Below are positions 38,621-48,746 of a stretch of DNA of 64,000 nucleotides, in pieces. The stretch's first letter is position 1. Each line of letters starts with the position of its first letter. The notes under the pieces are model-generated. The model did not search any database and was not told the DNA's origin. It saw only the letters and a program-made list of their open reading frames with translations. A program made the translations under genes and the position numbers. This DNA comes from Desulfobacterales bacterium (GTDB lineage: Bacteria; Desulfobacterota; Desulfobacteria; Desulfobacterales; UBA5852), in the NCBI GenBank assembly GCA_963674755.2, contig CAXXVS010000003.1:2656001-2720000 (forward strand). Direction: 5' to 3'.

Positions 38621-39967
38621 TCACACCTCGCCGAAGGCGATATCCAGCACCTCCAGCATGAAATCCACATCTTCCCGCGTGATGCACATGGGCGGTTTAA
38701 TGCGCAGCACGCTGCCGAACAAGCCGCCCTTGCCGATGAGCAGCCCCAGTTCGCGGGACCGCTCGAAGACTTTGAGGCAAGCTTCCGGGAAAGGTTCCTT
38801 GGTCTGGCGGTCTTTTACGAGTTCGATGCCGGTCATGAGGCCCTTGCCCCGGACGTCGCCGATGACCTCGTGCTTGTCCATCAGGCGGCGGAACCCGTCC
38901 AACATGTAGCCGCCCACCTCGGCGCAGCGCGCTTGCAGGTTGTCGCGCAGAATGATTTCCAGGACTTTCTTGCCGATGGCGCAGGACACCGGGTTGCCGC
39001 CGAAGGTATTGAAATGGATGCGGTTGGTGAGCGAGCTGGCGATTTCCGGTGTGGTCACCACGGCCGCCAGGGGGGTGCCGTTGCCGATGCTCTTGGCCAT
39101 GGTCACGATGTCGGGAATCACTTCCTGGGTTTCGAACCCCCAGAAGCGCTCGCCGGTGCGGCCGAACCCGGTCTGGACTTCGTCGGCGATGCACAGGCCA
39201 CCGGCGGTCCGCACGTGTTCGTAGGCCTGTTTGAGGTAGCCGTCGGGATAGACCACCGTGCCCCCGACGCCCTGGATGGATTCGGCAAAAAAGGCCGCCA
39301 CTTTGCCCGGGGTGGCATACTGGATCAGGCTGCGGATGTCCTCGGCGTATTTGGCGCCGGCCGCGGGATCGTCAAAGCCCCAGGGCCCCCGGTAGGGATC
39401 GGCGCAAAGGGCATGGTGGACGCCGAAGCTGTGGGGATAGTTGTACTTCCAGGTGCTGTGGGCCGTCAGCCCCATGGCCGAAGGGCTGCCGCCGTGGTAG
39501 GCATTGCGCAGGGCTACCATGTCGTAATTGCCGGTATAGAGACGGGCCATCAGGACGGCCAGGTCGTTGGCCTCGGTGCCGGAATTGACGAAATAGCACA
39601 CGCTCAGATCGCCGGGCAGGGTATCGGCAAGGGCCTTGCCGTATTCGGCGATGACCGGGTGGTAGTAAATGGTGGTGGTGTGATGCAAGGTTTCCATCTG
39701 CTTCCGGGCGGCCTCCACCACTTCGGGATGGCAGTGGCCCACGCTGACGGTCACGATGCCGCCGAAGCCGTCCAGGTAGCGGCGTCCGGTCTCATCGAAA
39801 AGATACTGCATGGACCCCTCCACGATCATGAGGGGTTTTTTGTAGTAGGCCATCAGGGCCGGTGAGAGGTAGCGCTTGCGTAAGGCCGCCACCTCGTCGA
39901 AGTCGGGTCCGTCATAAGGGCGGGGCTGGTGGTCGCAGGGCGGTAGTTGGGGGGCTGGGGTCGACAT
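38621..39967 (-). CDS. Class III aminotransferase (AGXT2 / beta-alanine:pyruvate-like)
   Basis: YLDGFGGIVTVSVGHCHP, NSGTEAND, ADEVQTGFGRTG, TMAKSIGNG (PLP Lys), NTFGGNP. Confidence 0.9.
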   Translation of the reverse strand: MSTPAPQLPPCDHQPRPYDGPDFDEVAALRKRYLSPALMAYYKKPLMIVEGSMQYLFDETGRRYLDGFGGIVTVSVGHCHPEVVEAARKQMETLHHTTTIYYHPVIAEYGKALADTLPGDLSVCYFVNSGTEANDLAVLMARLYTGNYDMVALRNAYHGGSPSAMGLTAHSTWKYNYPHSFGVHHALCADPYRGPWGFDDPAAGAKYAEDIRSLIQYATPGKVAAFFAESIQGVGGTVVYPDGYLKQAYEHVRTAGGLCIADEVQTGFGRTGERFWGFETQEVIPDIVTMAKSIGNGTPLAAVVTTPEIASSLTNRIHFNTFGGNPVSCAIGKKVLEIILRDNLQARCAEVGGYMLDGFRRLMDKHEVIGDVRGKGLMTGIELVKDRQTKEPFPEACLKVFERSRELGLLIGKGGLFGSVLRIKPPMCITREDVDFMLEVLDIAFGEV

Positions 39968-39981
39968 GGATTCTCCTCGTT

Positions 39982-40413
39982 TTAGACGTTTTCAGCCAGT
40001 TGCTGGCCATGGGCGGTATGTTTCTTGCCGATGGTTTTAAGCGCGCGGGCCACTTCCGGCAGGGCCCTGATTTTTTCCATGGCCGCTTGGTAGAAAGCCT
40101 CCGCCGTTTCTTCGATGCGGCGGGCGTCGGCCAGGATGTCGGCGGGCGTGCGATCGGCCGGATCGGCGTATTCCAGCACGTAAGGGGCCCGGTAGAAATC
40201 CTGGATGGGCTCCAGGATCATTTCGGTGACATTCTCGCGCCGGGTGCGCTGCAGGGTCTGGATATGCTTGCGGCTGTCCTTGGCATACTGCCGATAGCGG
40301 TCGGCGACATCGGCGCAGGCCGGGTTGGCGGCGGCGCTTTCATAAAAGGTCATGATAAGATTTTCCATGGCCTCGGCAAAATTGCAGATGCTGCCGAAAT
40401 TGTTCAGTGGCAT
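39982..40413 (-). CDS. Ferritin-like four-helix protein
   Basis: FA..ME....FY, RKH, EE....FY; helical, 143 aa. Confidence 0.55.
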   Translation of the reverse strand: MPLNNFGSICNFAEAMENLIMTFYESAAANPACADVADRYRQYAKDSRKHIQTLQRTRRENVTEMILEPIQDFYRAPYVLEYADPADRTPADILADARRIEETAEAFYQAAMEKIRALPEVARALKTIGKKHTAHGQQLAENV

Positions 40414-40608
40414 GACTTCTCCTTAGGGTTTTCTAATTCAGCTATAGCGGGCAAAGACGCCTGATGGGCTTAGAGTTTGAGAGCGTCACGGTTTCTGCGA
40501 CCTGTTCATTTTTTCACGTGAGAGAAAATATGATGTCGTAAAAAATGCCCTACGCCGCCTTAAGAGACGTTTTACGTGTCAAACAAGAAGACAAGCCCAA
40601 ATAGCGAT

Positions 40609-40754
40609 TAGAAGCCATCTCAAAATTAGGGTTTTCGTTCGAGATCAAGGCGAAGCCGAGTATCAACCCGCAGGCATACTCCAGTATGCCGAGGACTTGA
40701 GGTGAGGCTTCAACGCCGATATCGGACGAAAAAACTTTTTTGAGATAGCTTATA
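40609..40754. mobile_element. ~146-bp MITE-like element, family B copy 1
   Basis: TIR tagaagccatctcaaaa / ttttgagatagcttata (15/17) and internal palindrome. Confidence 0.7.
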
Positions 40755-40756
40755 GT

Positions 40757-42211
40757 CTACAACCAGCGTTCGATGACCACCTTGGTATCGGTGAAGAACT
40801 GGAAGATCTCCTGGCCGTGCCCCTTGATGTCGCCGAACATGGACTCCCCGGCCCCGCCGAAGGGGAAGAAGCTCATGGGGGCGGCAATACCGATGTTGAT
40901 GCCGATCATGCTGGGCTTGACCCGGTATTTGAACTCCCGTGCGGCGGCACCGCTGCCGGTGTAAAGACAGGCCGCATTGGCAAATCCGCGGGTGTTGATC
41001 AGGTCGACGACCGTGTCCAGATCGGCCGCGCGCACGATGCTCACCACCGGACCGAAGATTTCTTCCCGGGCGATGGTCATGTCCGGGGCCACCCGGTCGA
41101 AGACCGTGGGGCCGATGAAAAAGCCTTCCGGGTGGTCGGGGTTGGTGTAGCCCCGTCCGTCCAGGACCAGTTCGGCGCCCTCCTGGATGCCTTTTTCGAT
41201 ATAGCCCAGCACGCGCTCGCGGTGGGCCGCGCTGACCACGGGCCCCATGCCGGTCTGTTCGTCAAGTCCGTCACCGATTTTCATGGCTTGGGCCGCGGCG
41301 ATGAATTCCTCCCGCAGCCGGTCGGCCACATCGCCCACCGGCACCAGGATCGATCCGGACAGGCAGCGCTGACCGGTGCAGCCGAAAAAGGAGGTGATCA
41401 GGGATGGCAGGGCCGCCTTGAGATTGGCATCCGGCATGACGGCCACGATGTTTTTGGCGCCTCCCAAAGCCTGCACCCGTTTGCCGGTTTCGCCGCAGCG
41501 TTTGTAGATGTATTTGGCGGTGGGGGTCGACCCCACGAAGGAGATGCCTTCGATGTCGGGATGGTCCAGCAGGGCGTTGACCACGTCCCGGGAGCCGTGG
41601 ACCATGTTGACCACGCCTTCGGGAAAGCCCACCTCGTCGATGATCTCGAAAATCCTGGTCTGGGTCATGGGTACCTGCTCGGAGGGCTTCAGCACGAAGG
41701 TGTTGCCCGCTACCAGGGCATAGGGCAGGAACCACCAGGGCACCATGGCCGGGAAGTTGTAGGGCGCGATGGCTGCGAAAACCCCCATGGGCTGGCGATG
41801 GCCGTGGCAGTCGATCCCCTTGGCGATATCTTCCAGAGTATAGCCGCACATCAGGGTGGTGACCCCGGTGGCATGCTCCACGTTTTCGATCATGCGCCGC
41901 ACTTCGCCCCGGGCTTCGTCGATGGCCTTGCCCTGTTCGGTGGTCAGGGTGCGGGCGATATCTTCGAATTCCTCCTCGAAAGCGTCCCGCAGGCGGAACA
42001 GATAGCGGGCCCGGGTCAGGGGCGGGGTCTCGCGCCATTCCGGATAAGCGTCCCGGGCGGCCTTGACCGCCTGGTCCACATCGTGGCTGTCGCTGTAAGG
42101 GACGGTGGCGATTTTTTGGCCGGTGGCCGGGTTGCGGATGTCGCCGGTCGTAGCGGATCCCGATGTGACCCATTCGCCGTTGATGTAATTTTTAAGCATG
42201 GAATCTGGCAT
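40757..42211 (-). CDS. mmsA: CoA-acylating (methyl)malonate-semialdehyde dehydrogenase
   Basis: PYNFPAM, KPSE, FVGST, RVQALGGAKN, GQRC, EEIFGP, FFPFGG, FFT.TK.V..RW. Confidence 0.9.
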   Translation of the reverse strand: MPDSMLKNYINGEWVTSGSATTGDIRNPATGQKIATVPYSDSHDVDQAVKAARDAYPEWRETPPLTRARYLFRLRDAFEEEFEDIARTLTTEQGKAIDEARGEVRRMIENVEHATGVTTLMCGYTLEDIAKGIDCHGHRQPMGVFAAIAPYNFPAMVPWWFLPYALVAGNTFVLKPSEQVPMTQTRIFEIIDEVGFPEGVVNMVHGSRDVVNALLDHPDIEGISFVGSTPTAKYIYKRCGETGKRVQALGGAKNIVAVMPDANLKAALPSLITSFFGCTGQRCLSGSILVPVGDVADRLREEFIAAAQAMKIGDGLDEQTGMGPVVSAAHRERVLGYIEKGIQEGAELVLDGRGYTNPDHPEGFFIGPTVFDRVAPDMTIAREEIFGPVVSIVRAADLDTVVDLINTRGFANAACLYTGSGAAAREFKYRVKPSMIGINIGIAAPMSFFPFGGAGESMFGDIKGHGQEIFQFFTDTKVVIERWL

Positions 42212-42449
42212 GATGCGACCTCTTTGGTTGGCGTCCATAGATAAAGGCTGAAAAATTGAGCATCGACTTAAATTTTAGAGGGAGTGTATCATCGATATTC
42301 GAAATATTTAGTAGTATAAAATTCGTTTGTCAATGAAAATACGGTTTAATTTGACGAATCATGACTATTTTGGCATAAAGAGGTGCATCGAATTGGAATC
42401 ACCTAAAACAGCAAAGCCCGGCGGCGATATCCGACAGGGGAGAAACGGC

Positions 42450-42935
42450 ATGAAGAAGCGAACGTCACCCCAACTAGAACGACCACTGGATTCAGTGGAC
42501 TGCGAGCTGATCCGGCTGCTGCAGCAGGACGGCCGTATTCCCAATACGGTCCTGGCCAAGAAAATCGGGATATCGGAAGCCACCGTGCGCACGCGCTTGA
42601 ACCGCCTGATCCAGGATGAGGTCATTCAGATCGTGGCCGTCAGCAATCCCATGAAGCTGGGCTTTACCATCGTCGGGATCATCCGGATTCACGTGGATAT
42701 CCACAAGATCGACCACATTACCCGGGAATTGAAGAAGCTCGACGCCCTCTGGTTCATTGTCCACACCACCGGCGGTACCGGGATCGACGCCGAGTTCGTG
42801 GTCAAGGACATCCAGGAACTCAACGCCCTCATTTTCGAAAAGATCAACCGCATCGACGGCGTCACCCAGACCGAAACCTCGCTGATTCTCAAATATGTTA
42901 AGCGGAATTATGACTGGGGAACGGCCCTCGACTAG
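42450..42935 (+). CDS. Lrp/AsnC family regulator
   Basis: LD.VD..LI.LLQ.DGR HTH, SEATVRTRL; divergent from mmsA. Confidence 0.92.
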   Translation: MKKRTSPQLERPLDSVDCELIRLLQQDGRIPNTVLAKKIGISEATVRTRLNRLIQDEVIQIVAVSNPMKLGFTIVGIIRIHVDIHKIDHITRELKKLDALWFIVHTTGGTGIDAEFVVKDIQELNALIFEKINRIDGVTQTETSLILKYVKRNYDWGTALD

Positions 42936-43078
42936 AAGTCTTCTCGAAGCGGTCTTTTAGCTCCCTATCCGCGTTGTAGAGGCGATTCAAATCCTCGAAA
43001 TACCGATGTATTCCTCCGGGTTAAATCGCCTCTACGCCTTGATATGAAGCTAAAATCATCGTTTCGAGAAGACTTCTG
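42933..43078. mobile_element. ~146-bp MITE-like element, family B copy 2
   Basis: Perfect 15-bp TIR agaagtcttctcgaa; begins at the Lrp TAG stop. Confidence 0.75.
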
Positions 43079-43277
43079 CCACATGCGCATCAGAATCATT
43101 GCCGTGCTTTTTGCCCTATCCCTGCTATGCTGCACTTCTGCGCACTGGTTGATTCGGTCGTAAAAAGTCAACCTTTAGCGAAACCGTCACTTGCACTCCG
43201 GGGCATTCCACGCTAAAGAGAGCCGCCAGATCATCATGAACCGATAAGGCGCGAGCGCCATAACCACTGGAGTTTTT

Positions 43278-44747
43278 ATGACTGCACCGACCAATGAATT
43301 CGACATCCGCAAGCAGAAGCTGCAGGCGATTGCCGACGCGGGTGAAATCCCTTACAAGGACCGCTATGCCGTAACCCATGATTTGAACGAGGTCGTGCGA
43401 CTGGAAGACGGCACCGAGGGCGTGGCCGTGGCCGGCCGCATCGTCGGCCTGCGCAAGATGGGCAAGATGACCTTCGGGCACATCGGCGATATCGACGGCC
43501 GCGTTCAGTTCCTGATGAAGAAGGATTTTATCGAGGACAGCTACCAGCGCTTCAAAGAGATGGTCGATATGGGCGACTACATCGGCCTGCGCGGGGAGAT
43601 GTTTACGACCCGGACCCAGGAGAAGACCATCGTGGTGCGGGAGTGGACCCTGCTGGCCAAGGCCCTGCGGCCCCTGCCGGAGAAATTCCACGGCATCACC
43701 GACAAGGAGCAGAAATACCGCAAACGCTACCTGGACCTGATTTCCTCCCGGGAATCGGTGGCGCGTTTCAAGGTGCGCAACACCTTCATCAACAGCCTGC
43801 GTGCCTATCTCAACCGGAACAAGTTCGTGGAAATCGACACCCCTGTCCTGATCAACAAGGCCAGCGGCGCTCTGGCCAAGCCCTTCAAGACCTACTACAA
43901 CGCCCTGGACATCGACGTCTACATGCGCATCGCCCCGGAGACCTATCTCAAGCGCGCCATCGCCGGCGGCTACAACCGGGTGTATGAATTCGCGCGCTGC
44001 TTCCGCAACGAGGGGATTGACCCCTCCCATCTGCCCGACTTCACCATGCTGGAATACTATGCCGCCTACTGGAACTACCAGGACAACATGGCCTTTACCG
44101 AAGCCCTGATCAAGGCCGTGGTCAAGGAAACCATCGGCGGTTTGCAGTTCAGCTACCAGGATACGGCCATCGATCTGGATGGCGTCTGGGAGCGGAAATC
44201 CTTTCGGGAGCTGATCCTGCAGGACAGCGGCATCGATCTCGTGCCGTGCCGCGACAAGGCCTCCCTCGTGGCGGCCATCGAACAGAAGGGCATCGTGATC
44301 GAGCGTGATATCAAGGATCCCGGCATCGGCTACGGCACCCTGGTGGACCTGCTCTATAAAAAGGTCTCGCGGCCCAAACTGATCAATCCCACCTTCCTGA
44401 CGGAGCACCCCCTGGACATCTCCCCCCTGGCGCGCAAAAACGACGCCAATCCGGCCATCGTGGACCGCTTCCAGCTGGTGATCAACGGCTGGGAAATGGT
44501 CAATGCCTATTCCGAGCTCATCGACCCCATCGATCAGCTGGCGCGCTTCGAATCCCAGCTCAAGGCCCGCGAAAAAGGCGACCTGGAGGCCATGGAGACG
44601 GACGAGGATTTCGTGACCTGCATGGAATACGGCATGCCGCCCATGTCCGGCTGGGGCATGGGGATCGACCGCTTCGTGGCCCTGCTGACCGACACCGAGC
44701 ACTTGCGGGATGTGGTGCTGTTTCCGCTCCTGCGGCCCGATGTGTGA
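43278..44747 (+). CDS. lysS: Lysine--tRNA ligase (class II)
   Basis: OB-fold, PLPEKFHG, YMRIAPE.YLKR, FRNEG, YGMPP..G.G.GIDR. Confidence 0.95.
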   Translation: MTAPTNEFDIRKQKLQAIADAGEIPYKDRYAVTHDLNEVVRLEDGTEGVAVAGRIVGLRKMGKMTFGHIGDIDGRVQFLMKKDFIEDSYQRFKEMVDMGDYIGLRGEMFTTRTQEKTIVVREWTLLAKALRPLPEKFHGITDKEQKYRKRYLDLISSRESVARFKVRNTFINSLRAYLNRNKFVEIDTPVLINKASGALAKPFKTYYNALDIDVYMRIAPETYLKRAIAGGYNRVYEFARCFRNEGIDPSHLPDFTMLEYYAAYWNYQDNMAFTEALIKAVVKETIGGLQFSYQDTAIDLDGVWERKSFRELILQDSGIDLVPCRDKASLVAAIEQKGIVIERDIKDPGIGYGTLVDLLYKKVSRPKLINPTFLTEHPLDISPLARKNDANPAIVDRFQLVINGWEMVNAYSELIDPIDQLARFESQLKAREKGDLEAMETDEDFVTCMEYGMPPMSGWGMGIDRFVALLTDTEHLRDVVLFPLLRPDV

Positions 44748-44990
44748 TAGCGGGGCGTTATACAAAAGACCCTCCCGGGCCTGTCGGAACGATCCCGGCA
44801 GGCCCGGCTTGCGTTGGGGGGGGGAGCGGCGCAAGCCGTGTCGACCTTCAGGCTGTGCCAAAGAAGGACGGGGCCCATGCTATCCTGCCCGGCATCGCCC
44901 GGATCTTCATCCTCCCGACATGTCGATCTGCACAGCGCGGCCACATCGTTCCCTGCCTTTTGGCCCTTTTGGGTAAGAGATTGTTTCAAT

Positions 44991-45019
44991 GCTAACACTA
45001 TGCTAACAATTCGCTAACA
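44991..45019 (+). promoter_or_regulatory. Pho-box-like triple direct repeat (11-bp period)
   Basis: GCTAACA at 44991, 45002 and 45013, ~110 bp upstream of the phosphate transporter. Confidence 0.65.
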
Positions 45020-45128
45020 TAATCGGCAAACGTGAATTTTGGGGTGGGTCCCGGGGCCTGCCCCGTTTTGTGTGGACCGGCAGACGGGTGGCCGGTCCGT
45101 GGCAATCTTTCGAAACCCTGAGGTCTGA

Positions 45129-47384
45129 ATGGAACTCTATGGCTTTGCCGTCGCGCTGCTGTTCGCCATCGCGATCGCCGATCTGGTCGTGGGTGTCAGC
45201 AACGACGCGGTCAATTTTTTGAACTCGTCCGTGGGCTCCCGCGTGGCGCCCCGCTATGTCATCATGATCGTGGCCAGCCTGGGCATCCTGGCGGGGGTGA
45301 CCTTTTCCAGCGGCATGATGGAGGTGGCCCGCAAGGGCATTTTCCATCCCCAATTTTTCCTCATGCCGGAGTTGATCACCATCTTTCTGGCCGTCATGAT
45401 CACCGATATCCTGCTGCTCGATCTGTTCAATACCTTCGGGCTGCCCACCTCCACCACAGTGTCCATCGTGTTCGAACTCCTGGGGGCGGCCATCGCGGTA
45501 TCCCTGGTCAAAATCTTTCAGAGCGGCCAGAGCATCATGGATCTGGCCGACTACATCAACACCAGCAAGGCTTTGGCCATTATTGCGGGCATCCTGCTGT
45601 CCGTGGGCATCGCCTTTGTGTGCGGCGCCGTGGCCCAGTTCGCCACGCGGCTGCTGTTCACCTTCGACTATGAAACACGGCTGCGGCGCTACGGCGGACT
45701 GTGGGGCGGCCTGGCGCTTTCCATGATCACCTATTTCATCCTGATCAAGGGCGCCAAGGGGGCTTCCTTCATGACCCCTGCCATGGTGGACTGGATGAAG
45801 ACCCACACCTGGACCATCATCGGTGGCGGTTTTGCCGGTTTTACCATCCTGTTTCAACTGCTGATGGTCACGACCCGCGTCAACATCCTCAAGCCCATCG
45901 TCCTGGCCGGCACCTTTGCTCTGGCCATGGCGTTCGCCGCCAACGACCTGGTGAATTTCATCGGCGTGCCTCTGGCCAGTTTCCATGCCTTTGCCCTGGC
46001 CAAGACCAGTGCGGCACCCCTGACCATGTCCATGGGCGCTTTGCAAAAGGCCGTGCATACCAACACCCTTTTCCTTTTGGCCGCCGGGGCCATCATGGTG
46101 GCCACCCTGTGGCTGTCCCGCAAGGCGCGCACCGTCACCCGGACCGAAGTCAATCTGGGCCGTCAGGAAGAGGGGCTGGAGCGTTTCGATTCCTCCCAGC
46201 TCTCCCGGGTCATCGTGCGCATGGTAACGGGCGTATTCGACGCCACCCGCAACCTGTTTCCCCAGGCTCTGCGGCGCACCATCCGGCGCCGCCTGGATAC
46301 CAGCGACTACCAGACACCGCCTGGATACGATGGCGCCATACCGGAGTTCGATCTGCTGCGGGCCAGTGTCAACCTGATGGTGGCCAGCGCCCTGGTGTCC
46401 TGGGCCACCAGCATGAAGCTGCCCCTGTCCACGACCTATGTCACCTTCATGGTGGCCATGGGCACCTCCCTGTCCGACCAGGCCTGGGGACTCGACAGCG
46501 CGGTCTACCGGGTCACCGGCGTGCTGACGGTGATCGGGGGCTGGTTTTTCACGGCCTTCATGGCCTTTACGGTGTCACTGGTCTTTGCCTTTGCGATCGC
46601 CTATCTCGGGGCAGGGGCCATTTTCCTGCTGCTGGTGATCGTGGGCCTGCTCATCCTGCGCAACTTCAAAATCCACAGCCGGCGGGAGAAAGCCGCCCGG
46701 GATCTGGAGGTGCTGGACCTCAAGCGGGTGACCGATGCCGATTTTGCCATCCAGACCTGCTTCGAACACAGCGGCCGCCTGTTGTCCGTGGTGCGGGACA
46801 AGCTCGACCTGGGCTTTGAAGGCATTCTGACCGAAGACCGCAAACCGCTCAAACGACTGCGGCGGGAGACGAGCAAAATCCAGGTCGCCACCAATATCAT
46901 CGCAGCGAACATCTTCAAGACCCTGCGGCTCCTGCAATACGAGGATGTGGCCCAGGCCGGCAAATACAGCTATGTGATATCCGCCCTGCAGGAAATCGCC
47001 GAAAGCTTGCGGGACGTCATCATGCGCTGCCACGTACACACCTCCAACAAGCACTCGGGGTTGCTGCCGGAGCAAAAGAAAGAGCTGCAAAAGGTTCGCA
47101 AATGCGTGGAAGGACTCCTGGACGATACGGCCCGCATCCTCCTCAGCCACGAACCCTTCAAATACCGTGAGGTGGCGGCCCACTACGTCAAGCTGAAAGG
47201 TCTGCTGGAGGAGTACGACGACCATCAGATCAAACGCATCCGATCCGGGGAATCCAAGACCCGTCTGAGTATCCTCTTCTACGGCATCAACAATGCCTGC
47301 CTTAAAATCAGTGAACAAAGCCTGCAGCTGCTGACGATTTTTGACGAGACATTTCATCTGGAAGAAAAATCCACAAAGAATTGA
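45129..47384 (+). CDS. Inorganic phosphate transporter (PiT family) with PhoU-like C-terminal domain
   Basis: GVSNDAVN, PTSTT, ANDLVN and PLSTT signatures; soluble helical C-terminus. Confidence 0.88.
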   Translation: MELYGFAVALLFAIAIADLVVGVSNDAVNFLNSSVGSRVAPRYVIMIVASLGILAGVTFSSGMMEVARKGIFHPQFFLMPELITIFLAVMITDILLLDLFNTFGLPTSTTVSIVFELLGAAIAVSLVKIFQSGQSIMDLADYINTSKALAIIAGILLSVGIAFVCGAVAQFATRLLFTFDYETRLRRYGGLWGGLALSMITYFILIKGAKGASFMTPAMVDWMKTHTWTIIGGGFAGFTILFQLLMVTTRVNILKPIVLAGTFALAMAFAANDLVNFIGVPLASFHAFALAKTSAAPLTMSMGALQKAVHTNTLFLLAAGAIMVATLWLSRKARTVTRTEVNLGRQEEGLERFDSSQLSRVIVRMVTGVFDATRNLFPQALRRTIRRRLDTSDYQTPPGYDGAIPEFDLLRASVNLMVASALVSWATSMKLPLSTTYVTFMVAMGTSLSDQAWGLDSAVYRVTGVLTVIGGWFFTAFMAFTVSLVFAFAIAYLGAGAIFLLLVIVGLLILRNFKIHSRREKAARDLEVLDLKRVTDADFAIQTCFEHSGRLLSVVRDKLDLGFEGILTEDRKPLKRLRRETSKIQVATNIIAANIFKTLRLLQYEDVAQAGKYSYVISALQEIAESLRDVIMRCHVHTSNKHSGLLPEQKKELQKVRKCVEGLLDDTARILLSHEPFKYREVAAHYVKLKGLLEEYDDHQIKRIRSGESKTRLSILFYGINNACLKISEQSLQLLTIFDETFHLEEKSTKN

Positions 47385-47387
47385 GCC

Positions 47388-48551
47388 ATGCGAACCGAAC
47401 ACAACATTTATTTTTCCGATGCCCGCCAGATGCCGGTGATTGAGGACGCGTGTGTGGATCTCGTGGTGACCTCGCCCCCGTATCCCATGATCCAGATGTG
47501 GGACGAGCTGTTCAGCGGGCTGGACGGGCGTATCGGCGAGGCCCTGGCCGGTTGCCGTTCCCCGGAGGCCTTCGAGGGCATGCACCTTTTGCTGGATGCG
47601 GTCTGGCAGGAGTGTTACCGTGTTTTGAGGCCGGGCGGGCTGGCCTGCATCAACATCGGGGATGCTACCCGGACCGTCGACGGGGAATTTGCCCTCTACC
47701 CCAACCATGCCCGCATCCTGCAGGCGCTTGGCCGCATCGGGTTTACCGCCCTGCCGGATATCCTGTGGCGCAAGCCCAGCAATGCCCCCAACAAGTTCAT
47801 GGGCTCGGGCATGCTGCCGGCCGGGGCCTATGTGACCCTGGAGCATGAGTACATCCTGATCGCCCGCAAGGGCGGCAAGCGCATTTTTGCGTCGGCGGAC
47901 GAAAAACAGAACCGGCGGGCCAGCGCCCTGTTCTGGGAGGAGCGCAACAGCTTCTTTTCGGATGTCTGGATGGATCTCCGGGGCGCCTCGCAGGTGTTGA
48001 AGGCCAGCGAGGCCCGGCAGCGCAGCGCGGCCTTTCCCTTTGTGGTGGCCTACCGGCTGGTGAACATGTTTTCGGTGCAGGGGGACGTGGTGCTCGATCC
48101 CTTCTGGGGGACCGGCACCACCACGGCGGCCGCCGTGGCCTCGGGCCGCAACAGCATCGGCCTGGAAATCGATGCCGGCCTGAAGAACAGTCTGGATCAG
48201 ATCGCCAACGGCATGCCGGAGCGCTTGAACGGGCACATCGAAAACCGGCTGGCCCAGCATATCGGATTCGTGGAAGAGCGTATGGCGGCCGGCAAACCCA
48301 TTAAACACCGCAACCGGCCCTATGGATTCCCGGTGGTGACGGCCCAGGAGAAGGAGCTGCTGCTCCCCGGGGTGTCCGACATCCAGCGCCCGTCGACCGC
48401 CTGCCTGACGGTGGACTACAATACCAGCCCCCAGGCGGCGTTCTGCCGCGACTGGGAAGCGCTGCTGAGGGACGGCAACCCGGAACCGGTTGCAGCGCCG
48501 GGGGCCCGGAAACCCCGGGGCACGGCCAGCGGCCAGCGTAACCTTTTCTAA
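47388..48551 (+). CDS. Site-specific DNA methyltransferase (N4C/N6A, beta class), no cognate nuclease adjacent
   Basis: VTSPPY precedes VLDPFWGTGTT. Confidence 0.9.
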   Translation: MRTEHNIYFSDARQMPVIEDACVDLVVTSPPYPMIQMWDELFSGLDGRIGEALAGCRSPEAFEGMHLLLDAVWQECYRVLRPGGLACINIGDATRTVDGEFALYPNHARILQALGRIGFTALPDILWRKPSNAPNKFMGSGMLPAGAYVTLEHEYILIARKGGKRIFASADEKQNRRASALFWEERNSFFSDVWMDLRGASQVLKASEARQRSAAFPFVVAYRLVNMFSVQGDVVLDPFWGTGTTTAAAVASGRNSIGLEIDAGLKNSLDQIANGMPERLNGHIENRLAQHIGFVEERMAAGKPIKHRNRPYGFPVVTAQEKELLLPGVSDIQRPSTACLTVDYNTSPQAAFCRDWEALLRDGNPEPVAAPGARKPRGTASGQRNLF

Positions 48552-48601
48552 TAGCGGTTATCTGAAATGCTCAAGTTGGTTAATATCATGAAAAAAGAAC
48601 C

Positions 48602-48673
48602 ACCACGAAGATCACGAAGAACACGAAGGAATTCATCTTTTTCCCGTGAGGTTTGCTTCATGTCCTTCGTGGT
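48602..48673. repeat. Inverted 9-mer array (NNCACGAAG)3...(CTTCRTG)2
   Basis: accacgaag atcacgaag aacacgaag ... gcttcatgt ccttcgtggt. Confidence 0.65.
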
Positions 48674-48746
48674 AAATTCCTGTTGACGGGAGCCTTCCAA
48701 AGAACCGTATTTCTTATTCACCAGCACGATCAAGGAGAAGCCATCC

